Assembly: GCA_976226885.1 (NCBI GenBank) | Contig: OZ320321.1 | Span: 43,648,001-43,712,000, forward strand | Source of the DNA: Iphione sp. A-MEVVRFRX5 | Taxonomy: Eukaryota | Direction: 5' to 3' | Length of the DNA: 64,000 nt | In this document: positions 1 through 10,842 of the stretch, one piece after another | Position numbering within the stretch: the stretch's first letter is position 1 | Layout: every line of letters starts with the position of its first letter | Made by a program: the position numbers and the translations under genes | Notes under the pieces: model-generated | Told to the model about the DNA's origin: nothing | The model's input: the letters and a program-made list of their open reading frames with translations, nothing else | Database searches by the model: none

Positions 1-964
1 GAAGTTGTTGAAGACGACGAGGACGCGATCACCCTGGCTTGGTCCATTTTGTAGAGCGAGTTGCTCATTGGCGGGTGCGACCCCAGAGGAGGAGACAGAC
101 TGACTCGCTTCTCTACCTTACGAAAGGCGCTGAGGTTATCATCGTCCGATAGGTCAGAGTGAATATTTTGATTCCTGTCTAGCTTGGGGATACCCATGGA
201 GGTTGCCGGCACACCTCCTCCTCCTCCCCCTCCGACACTCAGCGGGGAATCCCTCCTGGAGCTGTGGTCAGAGCTCTGAGAGTCCGTGCTCTGTGGTCTG
301 TCAGCCGGCGGTGGCGTGCGACTTGGGGGAGAAGGAGAAGTTCGGGCGATTGGCGTCTCCTCACGCTCACCGTTGGCAGCCATCCGTTTTATGGGAGGCT
401 GTTGCTCATGCTCATCGAGAGAGTGCTTCCCAGGACTGGACCGCGAGTTGCTCCAGGCGTCGCGGCCTTCGCTAGAGGACTGGTCGCTGCCATCCGGTGA
501 ATGTTTCCCGGTCGACATGCCAACGGAGCTGGTGCTGGAGGCGGGCGACGGCAACATGGCAGTCGGCACCTCCGTCGCTGAGGACGTCACCGCCACCCTG
601 GATGGTGACGACAGGGATGACAAGGACGACGACGACAGCGGCGAGGGCATGGCGCTACTCGACGTCGTCATGGGAACGCTGGCTGGGACGCTGCCTGGCA
701 TGGAGAGTCTGAAGTTGGGGTACCCGGGGTAGGGGAAGGCCCCATGGGTGGCCTTCTCCAGGCTGGCCGTCCGGTAGTCGAAACCGATGGCAGGGAAGAG
801 TCTCTCGTGGACGTCACGTGGGATGGGGCCCGGCGGCCTCAGGGTTGACAGTCCCATGGGATGGATCTGACGGCGGTGTTCACACTTGAATCTCATATGA
901 GCCCGTAGGGAATTCGGATAGCGGAACGTCTCCATGCAGTACGGACAGAAGAACACGCCACCCT
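1..964 (-). CDS. PRDM13: PRDM13-like large exon (partial, continues off the left edge): first C2HC-type zinc finger plus a long Ser/Pro-rich linker
   Basis: Acceptor attctttcag|AG completes codon G+AG (Glu). I translated it by hand with no stop down to base 1: EGGVFFCPYCMETFRYPNSLRAHMRFKCEHRRQ...SSSSLSSLSSPS...DDDNLSAFRKVEKR... The finger closely resembles vertebrate PRDM13 ZF1 as I recall it (C.YC..TFRYPNSL.AH.RF.C). The ORF track omits this frame, probably because its stop lies outside the window. Confidence 0.93.
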
Positions 965-1235
965 CTGAAAGAATAATATCGTGAAGTATATCAATGGCGG
1001 GCCATTTTTTGCTCGCACACACATAAACGCATTTCGTCACAAGATAGCCTGGTTCTAGTATCATCAGATATGGTGGTGGTATAAACAATGTCGAATTCTG
1101 TCCAAAATATGATGTGAAATCAGAGTGCAAATGCTGTATAAAAATCTCTGACAATCTAGTCCGGATATATATATGTACTGATCTTCAGGGACCATTATCA
1201 TATCCTAATAATCCTAATAATCATGTTTCACGTAC

Positions 1236-1464
1236 CTCTTATATGGAAGGGCATGAGTTCGGGAACACCTACAGCCGCTGCCATTTCCTTGCTGTACCAT
1301 ACGAGCACCTCTTCTCCGGCGGCTATAGTGCGAGTTGCTCGGTAGTGAAGCTGGGCGTCCTTCAGGAAGGCCTCCAGATTCTGCTCGCGCTCATCTCGGG
1401 CAGGTTGAACGTAGGGCACCCATTCTCCCGCCCGGACGTCTCCTATACATTCGTTCAGGTCAAT
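1236..1464 (-). CDS. PRDM13: PRDM13-like exon encoding the C-terminal half of the PR/SET domain
   Basis: IDLNECIGDVRAGEWVPYVQPARDEREQNLEAFLKDAQLHYRATRTIAAGEEVLVWYSKEMAAAVGVPELMPFHIR carries the PR-domain motifs 'W..YVQ.AR...EQNLEA' and 'I..GEE.LVWY'. Acceptor ttctatcaacag|ATT (phase 0); donor G|GTACGT (phase 1); length 229 nt = 76 codons + 1. Confidence 0.95.
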
Positions 1465-4400
1465 CTGTTGATAGAAGAAAAATTGAAAATGAAGTTTTCT
1501 GTACATGCATAGAACACTTTTCGCAAAACGCAACCAAATTTATTTTGGGGTATCAGTTAGGAACAATTTAAATCATTGTCGAGGAAAGGGAACATTCAGC
1601 TCCTCAAAGTTACAAGTTATTTTGCCTGTTTATTCTATTATAATTTCTTATTTATTTGGCGTGTCCTTTCGTCGCCTAGTAATTATCCACACTTCCCTTC
1701 TCATGAGGTTTACGTCATGTCCTCAACCAAAAGTACGAGTGACTGCTAATTCAGTCGGTCCTGACAAATTGGCTCCTATCGCCACCAGGGGAGGATCGCT
1801 TCTAATACTCGAAATAAACAATCATGCCAAAATGAGCAGTTCGCCTGCGCTCGATGATGTCAGAGCAAATATTGCGAGCTGTTCGTCGCGATCGATGGCT
1901 CAGCTGGAGCAGCGGAAGAAGTGGGACGGTGGGTCAGCGGGACATTAACATCTAGAATGGGGAAACATGGAGCGGCGACCAGCAGATATTGCCAGGTCCG
2001 CGCATCACCGCACTCGTCGAGCGCCGCGTGACGCTGCGTTATTCATGACGTGTGCAGCTCGTCGGCGTATCGCTAGCGCTCAGATCGGTATCCACAGCCA
2101 GATCCAATTCTACGTCTGATTATGGTGAGCAGCTCGTGGAAAGAACAAGATGCTGAGGTGCTCGCCGGGTCAGGTCCGGCCGACACCGAACAGAGCGGGT
2201 ATAAATGATGTTTACAGTCGCATGGCGCAGCGGCAGGGGCGCCATCCGGACGACCAGCACTGACCCGCCCCCTCGTGGGGCCGGGGGCCGGGTCAGGGGG
2301 CGTTGATGCTGGCCAGACTGGACGTAAAGTGTTGCGTCCGATCCCAATCTTCTCACCGGTCGGCTGCAGACGGTCCATGAAGGGGTTGCATATGGGCATG
2401 GCTGACCCGGCGAGCCTCCCAGGAGGACCACTCTAAATGTGAAACAAGGCTGATGGAACCGACAGCATGCAGAGGTGGCACCGGCAAGCTGCAGCCACGA
2501 ATCCAAGTAGGCCGCGCGCGGCTGCTTGAGGAGACTGAGTGTCTTTTGCGGAGAAGATGAGAGATCAATACCACTTCTTTAATACATCTAGGATGTATTT
2601 TCCAAGGGTATCGGGAACAACAGGGGCAAACAGCCATAATATGATGTGCGACCAATTTTGTACCATTTCAGGAAAAAGTATATTCTTTGCTGATCCCTTT
2701 CCCTTTCCTTCGTGAACTTGCAACTTTTCCACATGCACTCTAACGTTGATATATACAAGCACACTGGGACAGCGATGCCTACCATACCATCTTTCCGCTG
2801 GCACCAGAGGCCTACAATTCATCCATCGTTTTCCCCGCCCTTCCCCAGGCCATCCCCGCCTCCCGACGCTGATCGCGTTCCCCGCGGACCCGTGATCTAT
2901 CTGTCGCCGGGCGACATGCTGCTTCCTAATCACTATCTGACGCCGAGCATAATTTCAAAAAGCCATCATCGCCACCTCCCGCCATTAACTGATGACGTAA
3001 TGTCAAGTTCCGTGACGTGCGAGGCGCACGCTGCCCAGGGTCTCCCCCGAGCCCCCGACGTATTAAAGCCGGGCCTGTCGACAGGACTTGCTGGACGAGG
3101 GGGAGAAATTTTCAAATGTTGCGGACATCGACTCATTTCGTTGCCTTCATTAACTTGATCGTCATATTTCATGTCCCCATGTGGCTCCGTCTGGCGGCTG
3201 CCTTCATCACCGACCTCACTAGATCATACGCCGGTCACAGCGAGGCCGGGCGACCTCCTCCCTTCACCGCTGACTTCCCACATCCAACTCTATAACCTCC
3301 CCTCTCCCCAACCTGCTGTGTTACCAAGCGTCGGCTCCTGTAGCAGGCATTAAGCTACACCCTGGGGTGGATGGGTGGGGGTGGGGGTTATTCGCTTGTT
3401 TGCACTCCATGACTCGTTCTCCCTTCGTTGATGTCTTGTCACGAGAAAAAAAGTGTAGCAGCCACCAATGTTCGCAGCCTTTGTGTGTATACCCAACAGA
3501 ATCATTTATCTGTATTTAATATCCAACTGATAAATAATGACTGAGTGTTTACGTCAGAGTACCTGTGCATTACTGTAATGGGTGATTCAATTGCCGGCGG
3601 CACATTTCCGGTAATTTTTAGCAGTATACATGTACATAAATTTTCGTTCACGCTCTAGATGATGTATTGCCATGAAATACATGCATGTGAGCCATGTCAG
3701 TTGGTATCTCCTACAAAACACATCCTTTACTTATGATTGTTTAGTAATGATGTGCTATTATGTATGATTACATGTAGAAGTAATTCAGATGGCGTAATGT
3801 CATAATTTAGCAATTTGACTGTCTATAGTCAATATGGCACGGGCTCTCTTGAAAGCGCATACACAGAGAAAGCAGTACGAAAACGCTGGCTCACATAGGG
3901 ATTACAGAATGACTTGGCAGAGACGGCAAGTACCTTCAGGAAAATGGAGAAGGTAATTTGGAACTTTGAGTTGAGTTTTGACTTGATGCCATCTACTTAT
4001 TAAAAGAGCAATTGCGCGTTTGGTCCCGGCATGTGTTTCTGTCTGGACTGCACCAGATACCGAGAAACACCAATGTTATTTCCTTTCCCCGATGCTGTGC
4101 GACAAACCCTTTCCTGTCAACTACATCGGTTCCTTGCTCTTTTCCATACGCGCCCAACTAGGTAATGCAGCAGTGAAAACCTCACGTCAGGCGGATGGGC
4201 CGTCTTTGTGAGCAACACGCCGGGGCGCCTGTTAATCCCGCCCGCCGTATTAGACCACCTCTGTGGCCGTTTATTACCTGCCCGTAGCGCCACCTGCGGT
4301 TGCCATATCAGCCCGTACACAGATCGGTCTTCGTCGGGCGCCCCGGCTCGTCGCGGCACCCGAGAAACCTTCAGCCCCCTCCCAAACAACATAATCCAGA

Positions 4401-5906
4401 GTCAATTTAGAACAAGACAGCTTCGGCAGACGGCGGGTGGTAGTCGGGGGATTCAATGCCAGCGCCTATGCCAATTCATTATTTGTACATATAGTTGCCT
4501 CCTGTCCGAGCCTGATTAGACACAGATGCCAGGAGCGAAATTGAATCGCCGGCCTGGAAATTCCTGGAAACTGATGTGCTCGTAGCGAAATCTGGTCGTT
4601 AAGAAGGAAAGAGGGCGGGGAAGGAGTCGGTGAGCAGGCAACGCACGTTCCGGCCAGCTTATAACGTTAACGCCGCCGGTCAGCGAAATGGCCGATGATA
4701 GAGGCTTAACTGGGCGCAACTAAACTAATGTACAGATGTCATGACCCATCAACAGCTCCGAGCCAGGTGGCGTCTCTAGCAAGAAAAACGCGCCAACACC
4801 TTCTTTTATGCACTTCGTCCCTTGAAGTGATCGCTAGCCGTACGCGTCAAGATATGTCACGTACGCGCTTTAAATTAAAACCGCTCGCTCCCCGGCCAGC
4901 CCAAAACGGCTGGGTGAGTTTCCAAGAGAGTCCATGGGTCGACTGCGGACGGGGCCCTCTGTTGGTACCGTTAACTTGGTTCACGGTCGGACAGGTCCTG
5001 TGTTAAAACCAGCGACGGATAGCTTAAGCGTTGACGGCGGATGTTGTCCCTGACGAAGGCCACTACATTAAGTTGGAGGAGTGAGCAAGTTGGGGGTCTC
5101 CTCAAGCCGTTGTGAGTGGCAGCCGGCGGTCACTGAGCCTTCAAATGGACAATCCGTTCGAGCCTGCCAGCCACTACGAACGGGTGATGGATGGCCCAAG
5201 TCAACAGGAGCGCGGGCGCCACACCGACGAGGCAGGCAGATGCGCCGGTATGTAAAGCACCCTCCCCTCCCCCCACCCGCACCCCCGTTCCTCATCTCAC
5301 ACCATTCATGTGTAAATCTCACCAGGTGAGGCGGACGGCGAGGCCGTCCGGAGTCATGCAGTGCCATGTTCACCTCGCCCTGCCAAGCCACTCCTGTCCT
5401 ACCCTCCCCCTCCCGCTTCAGACCCCACCCTCCCACGTGACTCCACACTTGATAAGACACGTATTGAAAACTCTGACTCATTGAAGGCCTGGGAATGTGT
5501 CACCAGGAATAGATTAATAAGAGGGTTCGAAGTAGCAGACTGCTCGTGCCAAAATTGGCATATGTCTCATAGGCTATGGGGCTGAAAGAGGGCAGGTAAC
5601 CATCTGCTGACTTTTGTAAACATTGGCATGTGTATGTCGTTCTCCCCTTTTTGGCAAAAGGTCAATATTTACGAGGAAAATGTATCTGCTTTAGAACACT
5701 TTTCTCTAATATATGAGAGAGGAATATTTTTGGCTGCAAATCAGACATTTTAAGTCTGTTTGAGTATTTTGCTTTTACTTTGATGTGAAAGAAAGGTAGA
5801 TTGTATACGACACCGATGTAGAGCTAAATACTGCAGTGTTTTGAATTCGAGAAGATCAGAGATGTTGTGGATTAGAGAATTATCACATAGGCAACGCATT
5901 GCTCAC

Positions 5907-6055
5907 CTTGACAGTATGGATGTCCGGCTTGTTGTCACACGTCATGTGTCCTATAAGTAGAGCAGGATCGCTCAATGTCAGGTTTGGTGGCACCGGCCCA
6001 AACACCTTTCCCGCCGGTACCACACTGGTTGTGATCACTCCCATCGTTGGACGCA
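5907..6055 (-). CDS. PRDM13: PRDM13-like (PRDM8/13 group) exon encoding the N-terminal half of the PR/SET domain; probable start ATG at 6044
   Basis: Translates as (VRPT)MGVITTSVVPAGKVFGPVPPNLTLSDPALLIGHMTCDNKPDIHTVK, with the PR-domain 'IP.G..FGP' signature. Acceptor tctctttcag|TG at 6056-6057; donor AAG|GTGAGC at 5905-5906 (phase 0), in frame with the next exon. Confidence 0.9.
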
Positions 6056-6511
6056 CTGAAAGAGAAACCAGGGGGCTACATACAGCTATACAAACATACT
6101 TGTTCACGAATATACATTTATTTATTTACGCTTCAGTACAACTGCCTCAAAATGGTGTTTGAGAATATTACTAGCACAAGATGATTGAATGACACATGAA
6201 TGATATATGACGTGTTTAATCATTTTCAGTCGGGAAGAATGATACCTTTTTATGAGCTAGGGAGCGGACTGTTGCATGGATTGATAATCGTAGGAATACG
6301 CATTTCATATGTGGGATTGCATTGTGGTTAAAAATCCTAAAACAGTTTGTAAATGACCGGAAAGAGATCCATGGGAATATTCACTCTCTCAAACAGTAGT
6401 GCTTCCGTGTAGTTGCCATCAGGAGGACGACTCCTATTTCCATCCCCCTCGCGGCACCCTCTGGCATCAGTACACACGGTCACGCCACCTGTCGATCAAG
6501 ATTAGCGTTAC

Positions 6512-7000
6512 CGGAAGGCCCCTTGGCGTCCGCACCAAACGTTAAGTGTGCACTTCCTGCTCGCCGCTATATTATCTCCGTCCCGGGCGTCACCGTGGAG
6601 GTCTCGCTATCTTGGCGGGCCTGTCACCTCCAGGTTTCTACTTGGATCTCAAGAGGCGGTTCCCCTGCCCAGATGGACCCTCCGGCCCTTCCGACCCCAA
6701 CACCTTCCCCTCCACAGACACACACACGCTACGCCCCTCTGCTCTTCACCTCAGTCGCTCGTTCATGCGTCGGACTGACGCCACAGCTCGACGAGCCCGA
6801 ATTGCCTCATTCGGAGGCGCGTACCACTGTCAGGCGGCGGGCAAGGCTGCGGTAAATCATGGCTCCGACGGCGCGAGCATATGCTAGAGCTGCTCAATTG
6901 GCACCAGCGTCCTTCTGTCTCGCCTCGGTTGACAGCGCATCAATTGGCGGCAGCGCAGAGAAGGCGTTGCTCTGGGGGACCGTCATTTAACTATGCGAGC
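6512..7000 (-). promoter_or_regulatory. Probable 5'UTR exon and core promoter of the PRDM13-like gene
   Basis: CpG-rich. Minus-strand donor CCG|GTAACG at 6510-6511, with an in-frame stop and no ATG upstream, so it would be non-coding. Two identical TCAATTGGC words (CCAAT on the minus strand) at 6894-6902 and 6940-6948. Confidence 0.45.
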
Positions 7001-10000
7001 AAGAAAGTGCATACTAGAGAACGAAAAAGGAAAGAAAGAGCGAGAGAGACGGACAGACGGACGGGCAGATAGATAAGCAGACAAAGAGAATCTGTGAGTC
7101 TTTATTGTAGAATAGTTAGGAGAATGCGCGTCCATTGTAGCATCTTACCCTATGCCTGGCTTATGTCATATCTTGTAGCACCATCTTATTGTAGAGTACG
7201 GTATAAACCGTTTCTTTGCTTTTTAAGAGTTATTCACCTGAGCATTACAAAGATAAGCTAGGGAAAGTAGAGCTTAAGGAATAGGGCGGACATTAGCGTG
7301 CTGTGGGCTGTCCGGAGGACGCCGGTAGGGGGTGCCACTACGCCCGCCCCATGAGGTCTCCACGGGGCGTGGTCATCGTCGGTCGAGGAAGGCCTGCCTT
7401 GGCGTCTACCCGCCCTCCACCGGATTAGCTATGTGTCATTAGAGAATTAGCTGTCACTGTTGGCCACCCAGAGCCTCTAACAAACTCGTCTTTAGCCGTC
7501 TCGCTAGGCTTCTATGGCTTGGCGCAGCTGCCGGTTCCTCCACCACTCCTCTATCACGCCACACTTCCCCACACTTAAAATCCCAACAATATCAATAAAT
7601 CCAGTCGGAGTCCTTCACGGAACACAAGCTTATCTCTTGTTTTGTGAAGCAGAACAGAAAATACACCAGAAAAATGTGGCTCCAAATGGGCCTGTCAGTG
7701 TTTTAACTTTGACAACGCCAGCATAAATACATCGCCCGTTGTAATGTGTGCTTTTTCTACACTACTTACACGGTGTCGTATAAGGGGGTGGGGAGGTGGG
7801 GTGAGATCGCGGCGCTGAAAGTGGCTGCAGCAAACACTGGTTTTCATGAGATGAGAGCAGTTTTTTTTTGTGTTCCCCGTCCTCTCCGCGATATGACGCA
7901 TGCTTTCAGAGCTATAAAAGCAATTGGGTTATTTCTGTATGTTCGTTACGTAATAGCCTCAGAGGCGATAAGACGGCAGTAGGCATTAGGTGCACTACTA
8001 GTCGTTATCTATGTTGATTGTCACCGCACGGCTAAGCCATTAGAAACCATGAGGAATGGACAGGGCGTCGTTTATTAAATAACATTTTCCTAGCCGACTG
8101 GCGTTTTACTACTGTTAATCTCATCGCGGGCCAGAAAGTAAAGGAAAAATACTTGACGAGTTGTGGGGGAGAAGGAGTCCACATAAATGCGACATTCTGG
8201 GAAGAGAAGACACATTTGTGGCAAATACATGAAGCAGGGAAGGACCCCACGAAGGACAAATAAAGGTAAAAGTGCATTGGGCGCGCCATAACCCGTTGCT
8301 TTATCACACTTTTCGAACTTCAGTCCACATTATGGTTAAGTTTCGGGAAAGGGAGAAATGCAAGAAAATATTAAAGTACAAATGAACATTGACCAGAACA
8401 GAGGAGCAACCAAGTTTGTTTCCGTGACTATAATGTTATTTATTTAGGGAGAGTGCGTTGCTTTTAGTGGCCGCCTCCAAGAAGCTTATTCGCCGCCGTC
8501 TTCTCGTTCAGGCAAACTGTAAGAGGACTCGATTAAGCCTGATTGAGGAAGATTCCCGTGCATGGGAGAATATGTTTTTGCCGATTAGGTTATATTCGTT
8601 GCACACGGCAATAAACGGCTATCCCGTTGCCCGCCATTGAACAGGCGTTTTAAGTAATCACCACGCAAATTGGTAATTCATCGCATCTACGTCGGAAAAG
8701 TAAATTGAACAGATCCCCGTCGATGTTCGCAATTCAATAATGGTGTTTTGATATATGGTAATTTGAACACTTATAGAAATGCTAAATCTGGATATAATCA
8801 CGTTAGATTATTACGGGGAACATTAATTAAAATAGATATCGTCATCAGAGCCCTACTATCAGAGAGTTGGGAAGGCTGGATTGCAAGACGGAACTGGGAA
8901 ACTGAATTAACACCGAGGACTGAGCACTTCATAAGGGGTTCAGGTGGTTCGAATTTACAAGTAATTTACATTGATTCATGGCCGAATTATCGCCAATTCT
9001 CGCAAGACTTGCGGGGAACGTGACGTTAGTGACGGCCCTGCTATTGGAGGCTTCTAGCTATCGACGGATAGAAATTTGCAGCGCTGGGGGGAGCATATGT
9101 CAAGGTCTGAACGGCAGGCACTCTAGTATAACATTGTTAGCGTTAAGGTCGCCATCACGGTTTCAGGTCGCCTCCCATCCAAGCAAATGAGAAGGGTCAA
9201 AATTCGGGACGATGCCTGCAAGGGGTTTAAAAGCCTCCGGAGCGGACCCTGCCTATAGAAGCCCTTCCATGTTCAGGCTGGAAGCCAGGACAATAGGAAA
9301 TATTGAGCGCATGGAATAGAAGGCACTTTGTGAAAAGCCCATTGTCTTCATGTGAAATATGAAAATTGGAAATCATTGGCAACCTCTTCCGCATTTCGCA
9401 TCATGATATAAAAAAAGCTTAGATATTATCAGTTACACTCATTTTTCCCGAGGCCGTTAGAATAAGCCATGTCAATACATTGACATGAGAAACAGGTTTG
9501 CTATGTAAAACTAAAGTAAGAAACCTACATGAGGACTTATACAAAATTTCATGGCTTCAGTAACTTGTCATCTCATTGCTGTCCCTAAGAAATGTCCCCT
9601 GCACTTGAAGAGTGACATGCAAGAAATGCGGTCCATGGCACCTAGTCTTGTGTTTGACGGTTTCAGGGAGTTCACCTGATGTTCCATGCGTCAACGTGTA
9701 CAGGAAGCATCAGGGAAAATTATAAAGCTCAAACCTGCCATGTCGCGGATAGAGGAAGGCCAGCTGAGGCGGCTGGGTCTGTCACACACTGACACGGTCA
9801 TCAATCCAGCGTGCGCAGCAATAGGAGTGGCTTCTTGCCCTTGACCAATACCCTGAGTGGCCGCCTGAGCCCGTCATCTCTAGTCGGATGGCCTTATGCC
9901 GCGCGCCTGACCCGGCAGGCCACAGACGCAGCCTCGTGCTAAATGAAGAGGTCAGACCCGCCTCCTCGAAGCCGTCTCTGGAGTCTCCTCTAACAGCAAT

Positions 10001-10826
10001 GGCCTCCAGCCCCCCTAGACTGTCTAGGGGCCCTCCAGTACATCTGCCCCTTGCTCCCGTGGCCAACTATCGGGCGCCGCGAGCCAAACCCGGCGGGTAA
10101 TTCGCTTTTCCGCAAGCTGTCCCATTAAAACATTACCACGGGTTACGCGCCGGAAAATTACGACCATTGATGCAAAGGAATGTCAACGTCCTCCTTCAGA
10201 TTTGCCTGGTCGAGTGGAAATGCCATTATCATAACGGCGGTGGACGGGTTTTATTCGTGCGAGATTGGCCCGGCCGGCCAGCATGCGGCAACCCCTTACG
10301 TTCAAGAAGGGCTTTGCTACCCCCCCCCCTCCCCCTCCAATGGCCACTGCCGGGTGTCTTTTGTGGATCACCGTTGGTCAGTAGCATGGGCATAAGGGAA
10401 TAAAGTAAGGAAGACTGCGAGGTTGGAGGGGGGGGGGGTGCATGCTTGACCAAAGAGAAGTGCTGGGATTCAACACCAAGAACATGGCCTGATCGCACAC
10501 GCCTTTATTTTACAGTCAGACGGTCACTTGACAGACGTATCCTATGGAAAATAAATGTAGTGGGAAATTCTATCCTGATGTCTTAGGAGGTGGTACGTGT
10601 ACATTTAATACGTTATTTCAATATACGTGTTTACACTTGGTCTGTTCACGTAAGGTGTCCGATAGAGTTGATCCAAATGAACGCCACCTCTGCATGACGC
10701 CTCATAAATGAGTACACGTAGGTCTATATTGTTATACATGTATGTCCATGTCTATCTATTTCGTTCACGAGGGAAAGCTCGGGGAGAAATGTGCCGACGA
10801 AAACAGCAATGGGTACATCATTGTGG

Positions 10827-10842
10827 GAGAGAGAGAGAGAGA
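10827..10842 (+). repeat. (GA)8 microsatellite
   Basis: Read directly from the sequence. Confidence 0.9.

Noticed and set aside
203-732. Plus-strand ORFs 203-475, 264-500, 286-732 and 497-712
   Set aside because: They are antisense shadows of the GC-rich PRDM exon on the minus strand.
9551-9844. ATG-started plus frame of about 97 codons with one internal TGA
   Set aside because: No recognisable domain or splice support; compatible with chance.
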